From contig JBITNC010000001.1 of assembly GCA_050084985.1 (NCBI GenBank), positions 3,968,001 through 4,032,000 on the forward strand: a stretch of 64,000 nucleotides of DNA. Direction: 5' to 3'. This DNA is from Nageia nagi (taxonomy: Eukaryota > Plantae > Pinophyta). A program made the position numbers and the translations under genes. Shown here piece after piece: positions 52,201 through 64,000 of this stretch. The notes under the pieces are model-generated. The model did not search any database. It was given only the letters and a program-made list of their open reading frames with translations, and was not told the DNA's origin. Position 1 is the first letter of the stretch; every line of letters begins with the position of its first letter.

Positions 52201-55059
52201 ATGTACACTGATAGCTTGAGTGGTTGCATAAGAAATTCTCCTTACCATGGACTCCCCTTTGGTATCTTTGTAGATATCGTACTCCCAATGATTTTTCCAT
52301 TCACAGAAATGTTGGAACTTGTTCTGATACCACCATTGTGGATAGGCTCACCACATGGGGGTGTTATTTTGTCCCAGATATCTCTCGTCAGCCAGCTCTC
52401 TGGATCTGACTTTGCCATGCAATAACAGGTATACAAGATAAGAGTTCATATAGAATCTCTTCGAGTAACCAAAATATGCTAATTGATGGCATAGGGCATC
52501 ACTGATTAACCCAGCCCATCAGATAGCCCTTCCCAAGTTGATAACTGCAATGAAGCCCGTGAACTCCCTCCGGTACTTAGTGTCGTTCTCTTGACCAGCG
52601 ACCCTTGATAAGAGAGTGATTAGCTTGGCCACAATAGGCAGGAACTCCTCTCTACGCACGTTGATCGACCTCTAGCCTTGAAGATTCTGGTAATCTTCTA
52701 GCAACCAGGGCCGAATGTAGTCTCTGGGTTGGGTCATGGAATTCTTCAGAGTGTGCCAACGTGTAATCGTCACCATATTTCCTCCAGCCAAAGTCTACTT
52801 CAATTCCAGCAGGGGAGAAATCCATGATTACATTTCCCTCTGTATCCCGTAGGACTCTTTTGTCATATTCACATTTCCTAGCCACCTCACAACACAAGTC
52901 AGGAAAAGGTACTGCAAAAGGCATCATAGTGACGTTGAACAAGCCACGTGTGGATGAGCTCTTCTGATAAGTCCTCCTTGTTGATGGAGGTTGTAGAGGC
53001 TAATGTCTGGATGGTGTCTAAGTTTCCCCAATCTTTATCATTGACAAAGATGTATCTCCCCTTTAATTTGGCTTCAGGGAGCTTTGGTCTCTCTCTCTCT
53101 CCTGAAATTCAATCAAGCTTTCTTTCGAAAGTCAGGTCATCTGGCTCTTGATTACATGTCTTTCAAAGAGCTGGCCTTGAATCTTTTTGGCCCTTGATGG
53201 AGGTGGCCTGATATTGGAAGCCATGCAGAAATGTCTGAATACCCCAAGAAAACCCTAAAGACAAATTTGGGTGTTGTGAAAGATGCAAAAAGGTAGAGTT
53301 TGACGTGCAGATTTGGGTTGTAGGATGTCCAACACACTGAATGATAGTTGCTTCCCTCTTTTATATGAGATGCATGGAGGTTGAATGCATGGCAGGACAC
53401 ATGCTTGCTATTTGTCTTCTTCTCCTGTCAACTCCTGGCGTCTCACACTTGACCCTTTTAACCTTGCAATCCTAGGTGCATAGTTTTGGATGAGTGCTTG
53501 AGCATAACTTGAAAAGCATGCGACTGAGCCTAGGGTCACTGAGTCAAATTTCGGAGCATAATTCTTCACCTCAATTCTAGGCGCATGAATATGGATGAGT
53601 GCTAAAGCATGTGTCTAAAAGCATGCGCCTAGGCTTGGGACTTCACTGAAATGTTTTAGCCAAAAAAAGCTAACTGGATGCACAACATCCCCTAAAACAA
53701 TTTATTTCTCCCTAGCGCACTGTTTTAGATGAGTGCAAAAGCATGCATTAGAAATGGTGCGGCTAGGAGGAAGAGATGGTAAATCTGAAATGAAGTGATC
53801 TAAATGACTAAGAGGTGGGGTAATATTTATAACATTTTGAATTGCCACGTGTCACCTTCGGGTTGGTCAAACTAGGGGTCAAATGACGGAGCTAAAACAA
53901 GGGTGCATGGTTTTAAAGGGGTGCAAAAGCATATGATGAAAATCATGCGACTAGGCTCTTAAAACACTTAGCCAAATTCCAAGTCGACACTAAAGCCCAA
54001 TTCTTGGTCGCATCGTTTTAGAAGGGTGCTAAAGCATGCACCTTAATCCTTGCACCTGGGGTCTAGCACGCTTTCCAAGACCAAAAATTCCAAAATGACT
54101 TGAAAAATGCAAGTTTGACATAGGTCGTACGTTTTGGAGGGGGTGCTTTTCTCCCTTGGTCCTACCCAATGCTCCAAACAATTTTGCAAATTGAAAGATT
54201 GAGGTTGACTTTCTTTTTATAGCCTTTCGGGTAGGATAGTTGTCGCCATATAATAGGTGCAAGAAGGGGTCAAATGCATGAGAGTCCACTTGTCAAGAAC
54301 CTAGCCCGACACTTAACCAATTTTCTCCTCATGAATCTGGTTGCATGGATTGAATAGGTTGCAAAAGCACTTGCTTGAAAACATGCGACAGGCTTTGAAG
54401 GCCTCAAAAATTGCTAAGTCCTTTCCCTCCTGGTCGCATCGATTTGGAAGGGTGAAAAAGCACTTGTTTGAAAGCATGCAATAGGCTTTTAAGGCATCCA
54501 AAATGACTAAGTATGAGAGACTTTCTTCTTGGTCACACGGTTTTGGATGGGTGCAAAAGCACTCGTTTGAAAACATGCGACAAGCTTTCCCAAAATATCC
54601 TAAGTATGAGGGACTTGAACCTGGTCGCACCATTTTGGGTGGGTGCAAAAGCACTCACCTAAAAACATGCGACAGGCTGAAAGCATGATTTTGCCTTGCA
54701 TTTTGACCAAAATGACTTCAGACATGAAATACAATGAAGGGGAGACAAATTTCGACAACTTGAAGGAACTCAAAAGTGCAATTCTAAAACTGAGAATGCA
54801 AGTGATGAGTATGAAAATGCAGCATGAGGCTGGTTGCACTATTTTGGGTGGGTGCAAAAACACTCAAAAACATGCGACTAAGGCAAAAATGCACAATTCT
54901 GACTTGACTTGACCATGAAAATGTAGTTTTAACCCGTTTCCTGAAGCTAAACCAAAACGTATGCATTCCCTTTGACAACTATTACTTCCATGTATTTTTC
55001 TTTTATTTCGAGGTTCTTCAAAACGTAGAAATTTTGGGGGGTGTTGTGCAGGCACAACA
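49271..55059 (-). mobile_element. ORF-bearing giant LTR, copy C (5' end intact, 3' end deleted)
   Basis: Minus strand starts TGTTGTGCCTGCACAACACCCCCC, the same terminus type as 33522, 55733 and 60982; degenerate repeats (53400-54900) precede the ORF. Confidence 0.78.
49709..53224 (-). pseudogene. Accessory ORF copy C
   Basis: Starts MASNIRPPPSRAKKIQGQLF, ends KEWNSANIGSDLA; collinear with copy B. Confidence 0.87.
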
Positions 55060-55732
55060 AAGGTGTTGATGGGTTTGTAGAATGAGACTGAAGTTCCACT
55101 TCCTCATCAGATTGAAAATCCTCTTCATGGCTGCTCATTGTTTTAAAACTGAAAATACAAATTTTCAATCTATATTCTATTATCAAATAGTCTCTTAGAC
55201 ACTTGGTAGAACAAGAAAAAAAAATCACTAACAGCCATCTACTTCAATGCTGTTCATTGTTTCCAAGTTTCCAATAGTAGACATTAAAAAAACATAGAAT
55301 GGAAGATAAAATAAAAACTAAGATACACAAACCACAAAAAACTTTGAATCGAAGATAAAATAGAAGAAAAACTTACCTCAAATCTGCTCTTCATTACTTG
55401 ATTTCCTTCTTTCCTCTTTCGAGTTGTTCTTCTCTTTCTTTGATGGGTATTGCCAAACTTGCAAATGGCAAAATGATTTGCAATTGAGTTTAAAGTCATG
55501 TTTTTAGGGTTAAGGGGGTTGGAGACCCTTGTGGGACCACCCCCCTTAGTCACATTAAAAAAATAAAAAAAAGTGAGCTTTTTTATTTAAAAATGGTGTT
55601 CAACCGGCTGCTGGATGGGGGGATGGGAATCTATCCCCTAGTCGTCCCTCTACCGTGCCCCTTACCTACATGTTACGGGGAAACGTCCCCTTCCCTCCAA
55701 ACCCTATCCTGGGGATGTCCCCGGGACACCCT

Positions 55733-58700
55733 TGTTGTGTCCGTACAACACACCCCAAATACAAGATTTTGGGGACCCTATTTTTGCAAAGACAATGAGG
55801 AGCATTGCTTTGAGATTGGCTTTGGGCGATAGATAGTTCATTTTGAAGAGTGCAAACATGATATCAGGGAGCGATTCAAATAGATCTTGCAATGAAGGCC
55901 TTGAAGAGTATGAGAGTATCCAATCACCAATTTTGCAGCTAAGGAGTCAAGATCTGAGAGAGAATATCACGGATTTTGGTCTAGAGTGCAATCAGTGGAG
56001 ATGGGGTCGTTTCTTCAGAGTTTTAAGTTTGCAAGTGCCAAGTGTGACGAAATTGAGCGTTTTTCTCAAGTACAAAGATCGGGAGTAGTGGATGCAGCTA
56101 AGATAACAAAAATAAGTGTTTTTGTCAAGTATGAGCCTGGAAAGCTCAAAAATGGTCATTATCATGAAAAGGCGCGTTTTGGTCGATTTTGAGCCTGGAA
56201 GTGGTCAGCATGGTAAAGATGTGCGTTTTTGCACTGTTTGAGCTCAGAAAGCTCGAAAATGGTCAAAAATGCAAAGTTGAGTTGAAAATGGTTGGAAATG
56301 CTTGAAAGTGTTGGAAATGATCGTTTTTTTCACACTTAAGGCCTGGAAATGCCGGAAATCGGTAGAAATGGATACTTTAAGCCCAAAAGTGCCGAAAATG
56401 ATGGAAAATGACAAGTTTGAGCTCGAAAAGGTGAAAATGGTTGTTTTTGCATCGTTTGACTCTAAAATCATTGAAAATGCAAAATTTGAATCCGGAGATG
56501 CCGAAAGTGGCGTTTTGGTTGAGTTTGAGCTCGGAAATGCGGAAAATGGTTGGAAATGCACAGATTGAGTCCGGGATGGCCCAGAAATGCGAGTTTGAGT
56601 ATCCCTAGCCCTAGGCATGTTTTCCCAAGGTATTGAAGACCCAAACAAGGGGAAAATGGTGCATGTTTCTCATGGTTAAATGCAAATGGTGTCGGATTTC
56701 AAGTCCAAGAGCTTCATTGGAGAGATAAAATGAATTCTATCACAATGAAGACTTGAAATTTTCGATGTTGACCAAGTCTAAGGCACTCAAATCCTAGTAG
56801 GAGTTTTTCAAGCCTATGGAAAAACCATAGAGATGATTTTTGGCGCCTAGATTGACAAGATGAAGTGTTTTTTTGGCTCAAAAAACATGTTTAGATGCTT
56901 GGGAACAAGGAAGAGACCACTCTAAGCACAGTTGATACTCAAAATTTTCGATTTTGAGCACTTTTGGGCATCCTAAAGGCTAGGCACAAGTTTGGGGAGC
57001 TATAGAAATCCAATAAAGTGAAAAATGGCACCTAAAATGAAACAAAAATCAAGTTTGAGGTGTCCATTAAGTGAAATTTGGCATTTTGAACACATTTAGG
57101 TCTTGGAAAAATCAATTTTGAGGCCCAAAATGCTAGGTGCAGGTTTGCAAGGCTATGGAAATCCAATAGGATGAATTTTGGCAAAACTAAAGTTTGAAGG
57201 TTTGAGAGCAAGGAAGAAGGCATTCCAAGGCACTTTATGTCTACAAAATTTCATTTTTGAACAAGGGAAATGCCCCAAAAGGTTAGGCGCATGTTTTCAT
57301 GCCAATGGAATTCCAATCAAGTGAATTTTGGTGCCTAAGTCAAGGATGGAGATGGATTTTTGATCAAAAACCAAATTTGAAGGCATAAATGGATGAAAGA
57401 CCCCATTTCAAGCACATTTAAACTTGCAAATTTTCATTTTTGAGCAAGTTTGGGAGTACAAATATCTAGGCACAGGTTTGGGGGTGATTGAAGATCCATA
57501 GAACTGAATTTTGGTGCCTAGGTTGGAAAAATTTGACAAATTTCACTCAAAAATCAAGTTGGACCCCTTCATTGCATAGAAAAAGGCAATTATAGCACAT
57601 TTAACACTTGAAAATTTTGATTTTGTGCCATGGACACCCCTCGAGAAGGTAGGCGCAGCTGTTCATGTCATTAGGAATCCATAGACCTGAAAATTGGCGC
57701 CTAACATGAAAGAATGTGAAGATTTTGCCCAAAAATCAAGTTTTTTGACATATTTGCAAGGAAAATGCCATTTTGAGCTCATTTAATACTTCAAATTTTC
57801 AATTTTGAGCAACTTAAAGGCACCAAAAAGCTAGGCGCAGTTTTCCAAGTGTATGGAATTCCAATGAGATGAAAACTAGCGCTTAACTTGTAGAGGAACA
57901 TCAAATTTTGCTGAAAACTCGAAAATTTTGCCTTCATTGCATGTAAAATGACATTCTAAGCACCTTTAAACTTTGGAATTTTTGAATTTGAGCAAGTTAA
58001 AGGTCTCAAAAATCTAGGAGGCATTTCTCATTCCTATGGAAATTTCACCTTTTAATCTTTCGAAATCCATAGACATGAAAATGAAAAAAATTGCCAAAAA
58101 CTTCAAATCTTTCCCAAAACCTCCTAAAAGCCCCAAAACCTCTCAAAACTTGCCAAATGCCTTGTAATCCTATCCTCCATCCATCCATAAGCTCAAATCC
58201 ACTTTTTGAAAAATTTCCAAGTTTCGGAACCCCCCATCTTATTCGAAAAATAGACCACAAAATCCACTTTTCAAAAAATTCTCTCAGAATTTTTGAAAAT
58301 TTGCCACAATGATCACATCACAGGCAAATCCAAATTCAAAGGAGCTCAAAAGACTGTCAGAAGGATCCAGAACAATGATTTGAAGCTCCAATTTTTTGCC
58401 AAATTGATGCAAAATGCCTCGAAATACGTGCTAGAGGGTATCAATTTTTGTAAATATTTTATTTTTTAGCATATTTTAGGGGGATGAGACTGTTCTCTCA
58501 CTAAAAGGATATTGTAATCTCAATTTAGCATTCAAATTGGCATTTTAGAGCTTTTTTAGGAATTAGGGCAACACTCAAATTTTGACCTAAAAAGTCTATA
58601 AATAGACCATATGGGGTCACATTTTGAGGTAGAATGTTGTAGTTCAAGAAATTTCCAATTTTTTCAAAATTGAAAATTTTTGCAATTTAGGAGTAAATTG

Positions 58701-59541
58701 ATGTACTTGTGCAAAACTCTTTTGCAAACATAATACAAATGGCTACAAGTCGATTCAAAGTGTATTATCATCTATGGGAGTGGTGGATTGATCTTTTTAG
58801 AGCAATTTTTGTAATTTGAACATTTTTGTGCCTTCTCTTTGAAAACTCTCAGTTTTAGAAGAATTTGTTGCAACTTTTTAAAAATGTTTGAATTGTCTTA
58901 AATTGTTGCTAATTCATCACTTGCTTGTTAAATGCTTAGTATTCTGAATTGACTTTCTCTTAAGACATTTTCCTAGATCTTTTGTTCAAAACTATCCACC
59001 TTCACTCACGTTTAGTCCACTTGGTTGCATTGGTCCTGTTCACAGAGTACTGATAATCAGTTTTGCTTCTCGCTCATCCTTGGAATGATTGGACAATAGT
59101 CATTTATTTCAAGGACTTGATTGAATTGAACAAGATTTCTTAACTGATCAGAGAGGAAGAACATTTAGACAATGCTACATTGTGATTATCTCGTTGAAGT
59201 CTAGCCAATATTCGACCTCATTCTCATTTTTTCTTTTCTTTATTTTACACTTTCTTTAAAACTTATGGCAAATTTCAAACTATTGTAAGATAACACACCT
59301 CAATCCCTACAAAAAACGTGAGTTAACAGTTATTACCTCTACTATATCACTTAGCTGATTCCCAAACAAGACCTACCAATTTAAAGCTCGTATTAACGAC
59401 AGAGCTTTCCGATAGAAACCTTGGCGTATCAGTCTTTACAAGTGGAGTTCAGTAACGCATTCTCACCTACATGTTGGGTCGCTTTCCCGTCCTGATCTTA
59501 TAGGTGATTGTCGAGTAAGAGGAAAGGTTTCCTTCCCAACA
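55733..59541 (+). mobile_element. Giant solo LTR, 3809 bp, same terminus family as 27862-33522
   Basis: TGTTGTGTCCGTACAACACACCCC...TTCCCAACA; TSD ACCCT/ACCCC (1 mismatch); CTATAAATAG at about 58596. Confidence 0.87.
56760..58045. repeat. Degenerate tandem array, mostly ~180-bp period, inside the solo LTR
   Basis: TAGGC(A/G)CA..TTT...GGAAATCCA-like anchor at about 56980, 57133, 57283, 57466, 57648, 57830 and 58013. Confidence 0.8.
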
Positions 59542-59648
59542 ACCCCCAAAAGGGAGACGACAGAGAAGCATCCCCCGAGGTGTCCCCACGTCTCGGGGAC
59601 ACGGGGGACGAGGAATCGCAAAAAAATTTGTAGGTGATGCGTACCCTA

Positions 59649-60991
59649 ATAAGCTTGCTATTTATAGTTTCCAAACTTGCTAGGTGTCACCTTTCAACTG
59701 GCCAAAAATGAGGTCAAATGGTTGTGGTGGGATGGAGGGCGCACGTTTTAAAGTGAGTGGTTTTCCATGTTTTGAAATGCATGCGTCCACCAACTTGGTG
59801 TAACAAAATCACTTAGCCAATTTTTCTCAAAAATTTATCCTTTAAAGCTTGGAAGCGCCTTTTCAAGTGGGTGCTTTTGCATGTCCCAAAATCCTTGGCC
59901 CTAGGGTTAGGCGCCTCTAAAAAAAACTTAGCTTGAAATTCTTCAAAATATTTGGGCGCATCAATTTAGAAGAGTCCTTTTGCATGTCCCAGAAAACATG
60001 CCCTTGGGCAAAGGAGATTTTACACTTAGACAAAAAAAATGATTGTTCCAGGTTAGGATGTCTTGGGGCTGGTGCATCAAAATGAATGAATCCTTTTCCG
60101 ATTTTCCAGAATCATGTGCATAACACCATGGCATTCTTACCAATGCAATGAATTAACTTTCAACAAAAATGGTTTCCAAAAATAGTTTTTAGGATGGGTG
60201 CACCAATTTGGAGGAGTGCCTCACCTCTACATAAGCAAAATCTGAACACAAAATGAAATGATTTGACCAAATGCCTTGAAAATAAAGTTGACCTCCCTTT
60301 TATAGCTTGCGCCCCCATATGGACAGGTGTCACATGCCGATCGGTGTAAATGAAGGTCCAATGCATGTCAACACACTTGTCTGGCCCATAGTAGACGTCC
60401 CAAAATTTTAACACTTAGTTAATTTTTATGCACATGAGGGTTGTGCGCATCGTTTTTGGTGACATGCACTCAAGCCATTTTTCCTAAAATTCTAAAAAAA
60501 AAGTGCTTAGTGTTGGAAGTACCTCATTCATTTGGGCGTACCTTTTTTGGTACGTGCTTTTTCACTTCATGAAATACATGTGCCAAGTACAAAATATGCA
60601 AAATTTCACAAAAATAACCAGAAGGACCCCCAAAAATGCTATGCAATGAAGGGAAATACCTTTTTATATATAAAGGGTGCAATTTTGGCATGAAGAATGC
60701 AATTTTGGACACAAAAATGCAGGAATTTACTAGATATGTGCAAAATGAGGTTGGGCGTGCCATTTTTGGTACACGCAAAAGCATGTCCCCAAAAACATGT
60801 GCCTCAAAAAAAAATGATGGTTTTCGATTTGTTTCAACTTGAATATGTAAATTTTGTCACGTTTATCCTTGTTTGGCTTTGAAACTCATGTATTTGACTT
60901 AGAAAAGTTTTCATGCCTTGTCTTTCAGTATGATGTCCTCAAAAATACAAAAAGTTTTGGAGGGTGTTGTGTAGGCACAACACCTTCTCTC
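59649..60991 (-). mobile_element. Start of a 3' LTR of the giant-LTR family (copy D, begins 60982) with its PPT
   Basis: Minus strand GAGAGAAGG|TGTTGTGCCTACACAACACCCTCC; homologous to 53820-55059. Confidence 0.78.
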
Positions 60992-62196
60992 GTTGGGTTG
61001 TCATCCAACAAGAGGCCCAAGAGATGGCATTGCCACTTCGAAGATAGAAGATGTAGAATATGCTCAATGATGATTTCCCCAATCCTACGCCAAACATATA
61101 TATAAGAATCCTCCAAGGTGGGGTGCCTACACACCCACCTAGGTGATGTCATACTTGGGCATCCCACATCATGCCTCAGGATCACTCTAATCTATGCACT
61201 TTGCTTTTAATCATGTGTTGGGCCTTGGGATCCCTACAATTACACATCAATGCTAATTATGCTTTATTTTCCCTCTAAGAGGGAGACGTCCCACATTGGG
61301 GCTAACAATTGATCCATGGGACCCATACATCTTCTATCCAGAGGTTACAATCATGCCTACACTACATAAAAGACCACTAACTACTAAATCACACCTAAAA
61401 AGGAACGACTAATAAAATGGAACATCATAGCCTTACCTAGGCGCAAGACTGGGACAAGACAAACCTCATGACCTTCATGACACCTATGTAGGGTCCCTTG
61501 AAGACATAAAAATGGCAAGTTAAAGCAATCCCCTTCCTTGGTTCAGATCTCACTTGAGACACCATCCTTGACCCCAGAGAATCTTGCGCTAGGCTCATCT
61601 TTCCCCTATTGGCGCAAATGCAAATTGAGACACCCATTTTGTCTTCTCCAAACCTTGCGCAAGGCCATCTTGACAAAGGTGGTGACCCTCTGGTTATCTA
61701 CGCTAGGCTTCTAGGCGCATGTCTCAACCAAGACAAAACACTTGACCTCTTGGAAACCTGCTTTGGCCATGTACTTTCTCCTTGAATGCAAATCTTGGCA
61801 CAATCAAGCATCACGACCTCCTTCACACCTATGCATGCTTTTTGAAGTTAGCTAACCTCGAAATGTGCACCAAGATTGCCTTGAGAATTGGGTCCATCCG
61901 TAAAGGCACATATCCCTGGTCCCCAATCAATTCACCCTAGAAAAACCTTAAGAAATGTCTATAAAAAGGGAAGCTTGCTTTCATTTTTACATCACAAGTT
62001 CACTCTCTCCTTTCAATTTGCTAGGGCATCAAGGTAGGCCGATCCTTTTGAGAGTCTTTGTAGTGAGTCAAGAAAGCCTTCCCTTTTTATTCATTAAGGC
62101 ATTGGAGATGCTATTTCACATCAAGGATTAAAATGGTAGGAGCAAGCCTTCGAGATGAAAGGGAAGATGATTGAGCGAGAATAGGTGGGAAGTACC

Positions 62197-63656
62197 TGTA
62201 GATTCCTACAAAATAAATTCTTTATTAAAGCCCCGGTATACCTTAATTTCAACCATGGGTTCATTCTTAGATTCTCTGGAGTTTTTTGGAGCGGATAAAA
62301 TAGCTCGGGATCAGAGTAAAGTTTTCCGGAATGAAATGGTGACGTGGCGGAGAATAAGATATTCATCTTTCGGCAAGGACCAAGTTCCGGAAAAGACGAA
62401 GTAAGCACAAGTGTCTCCGGAAAACAAAGCATTCCTGATATATGAAGATGACATCACGGAAAAGAAGAAGCTCATAATTGCAAAGGAAACCGGAGTCCGG
62501 AGGAGATGACGTCTGCAAGGAGTAACTTCGTATCCGGGGTCTTTGAGTAAAGTATTCCGGAGAAATAAGGTGACGTCAGCAGGTAGCGACTTAGTATCCG
62601 GAGCCATAAAGGAAAACATTCCGGAGGAAAGAAAGATGACGTCACAGGCGAAACGACGTTCACATTTTTGAATAAGAACGGAGCCCGGAATGGATGACAT
62701 CATCAAGGAGTAATTTAGTGTCCGGAGCCAGTGAATAAAGAAGTCCGGAGATTCAAGGCTGACGTCAGGCGAAGGGGAAAGATTAACATTTGGGATTAAG
62801 CCCGCGTCCAGAGGAAAATAGGCCGCAATGAAAGATCGAAGAGTCCGAGTTGGAGAATTGAACATTCCGGGAGAGAAGGAAGTCTGCAAAATACCTGAGC
62901 GCCATCATCAGGGAACCGAATCGTCGGCGATCTGCCCAATTTTGTAACAGTCGGCCAAGTGTCATATGTAGGTGATATCAGTTCAAGAAGGCCAGAATCT
63001 TGCGGCCGTTTTGTAAACGTTTCTATTCTGTAATCTTGTAACTGTTATTAATACAGTATAAATATATGAAAATAAAGAGAAACTAGGGTCGGAAGCCTAG
63101 TATTGCCCTTTTCATTTGTTCTCGAAGACCTGTAGCTTCAGTCCGGTACTATGAAACCATCTTGACCTTTCTTGTCTAGCACTCGTAATTGTTATTCTTA
63201 ATTTGGTTACATTGTGGCAGCTTAGCTTGTTTCCTGAGTAATAGTTGCGGGTTGCTAGTATAACTGTGTCTGCTACATGGTAGAGTAGAAGCTGGGGAGC
63301 TATTCAGAGAGTGAGAACTTGTTCTGTGGCTGCGACACTAGATTCAGGCCAAGGTTTCGCACACTGCGAAAGCCCGCGCTGAACTAGTGATCTACCCCTT
63401 TGCTTTCTCTCTCGTTACCCTATCCCTTTACTTCCTCTCTCGTTACCCTATCCTTTTACTTCCTTTCTTGTTACCCTATCCTTTTGCTTGAATCTCTCGC
63501 TCCCTACTCTTTTTATCTCTTTCCTGTTACTTTTTCTTTACCCAATGGATAAGGAACCGGCCTTCTCCGGAGATCAGGCTGCGTCCCACAGTCTGTTCGT
63601 GAACTACTTTGGTTAAGATTGTTCCAGGCGCACATATTACACAATCTCAATCAACA
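62197..63656 (+). repeat. CpG-rich LTR of a non-chromovirus gypsy element that continues off the window
   Basis: TGTAG...CAACA; TATAAATA at about 63057; PBS motifs follow. 5' boundary less certain. Confidence 0.75.
63403..63486. repeat. 28-bp tandem repeat x3 in U5
   Basis: CTT(C/T)CTCTCTCGTTACCCTATCC(C/T)TTTA units. Confidence 0.85.
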
Positions 63657-63667
63657 GTATTTCTTTT

Positions 63668-63713
63668 TGGCACGCCCGGTGGGACCCGAAGAAATTTATT
63701 GGCGACTCTGCTG
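63668..63713 (+). promoter_or_regulatory. Two tandem primer binding sites
   Basis: TGGCACGCCCGGTGGGAC (63668-63685) and TGGCGACTCTGCTG (63700-63713). Confidence 0.75.
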
Positions 63714-64000
63714 AAGCACCATCCATGGTATGTATTAAAGCAAATTATTTGTGAATATCATAGGTGCTTTGAACCTGTCATTTTCTTTTGCAATCTAGAG
63801 TTTATGTGGACAAGATCTAAAACTAGAGCAGCAAAAGAAGAACCGGAGTTTGGGAAGTTAGATACTCCTAGGAGAAAGACCCTGATCAAGTCCAAGTCTC
63901 TGAATAGTATCGACTCCCTAAAATCCTTTATCAAGCCAGAACCATCCAATCTTCATACTAGAGATACCTTCCCTAAAATGGCTAATCCAGCTCAGAATAT

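Larger units (their letters stand above)
55060..59648 (-). mobile_element. Probable hAT-type DNA transposon 5' end (55060-55732 plus 59547-59648), split by a solo LTR
   Basis: Minus-strand terminus TAGGGTACG; clustered GTCCCC/GGGGAC subterminal motifs; TTTTCAG followed by ORF start MSSHEEDFQSDEEVELQ, cut at 55060. Second terminus and transposase core not seen. Confidence 0.5.

Noticed and set aside
63978-64000. gag start MANPAQN
   Set aside because: Position fits, but too little sequence to support.

Overview
Plant nuclear DNA, probably from a large-genome gymnosperm (inferred from transposon types and intron size). The only host-gene sequence I can support is three consecutive + strand exons of an ATG1-type Ser/Thr kinase (12871-13361). 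Its neighbouring exons are not in the window, implying introns of >12.8 kb upstream and >50 kb downstream if the gene is intact. Nearly everything else is nested, decayed transposons, many with readable target-site duplications (TSDs): chromovirus-like Ty3/gypsy elements (mostly non-autonomous), a deleted copia, four solo LTRs, two LINEs and a probable hAT end. The main finding is a giant-LTR family sharing the termini TGTTGT..C..ACAACAC.CCC / GGAAAG..CCAACA. In one form, reconstructed at about 6.7 kb from overlapping copies, a ~3.5 kb non-gag/pol gene appears to lie inside the LTR (three decayed copies). In another form the same region holds ~180/365-bp tandem arrays. Also notable: an ORF1-only L1 bounded by a perfect 16-bp TSD, an unexplained hairpin-rich 430-bp insert, long orphan frames replacing pol in non-autonomous gypsy elements, and a tandem double PBS. 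Coordinates were read by eye and lineage names are inferences.
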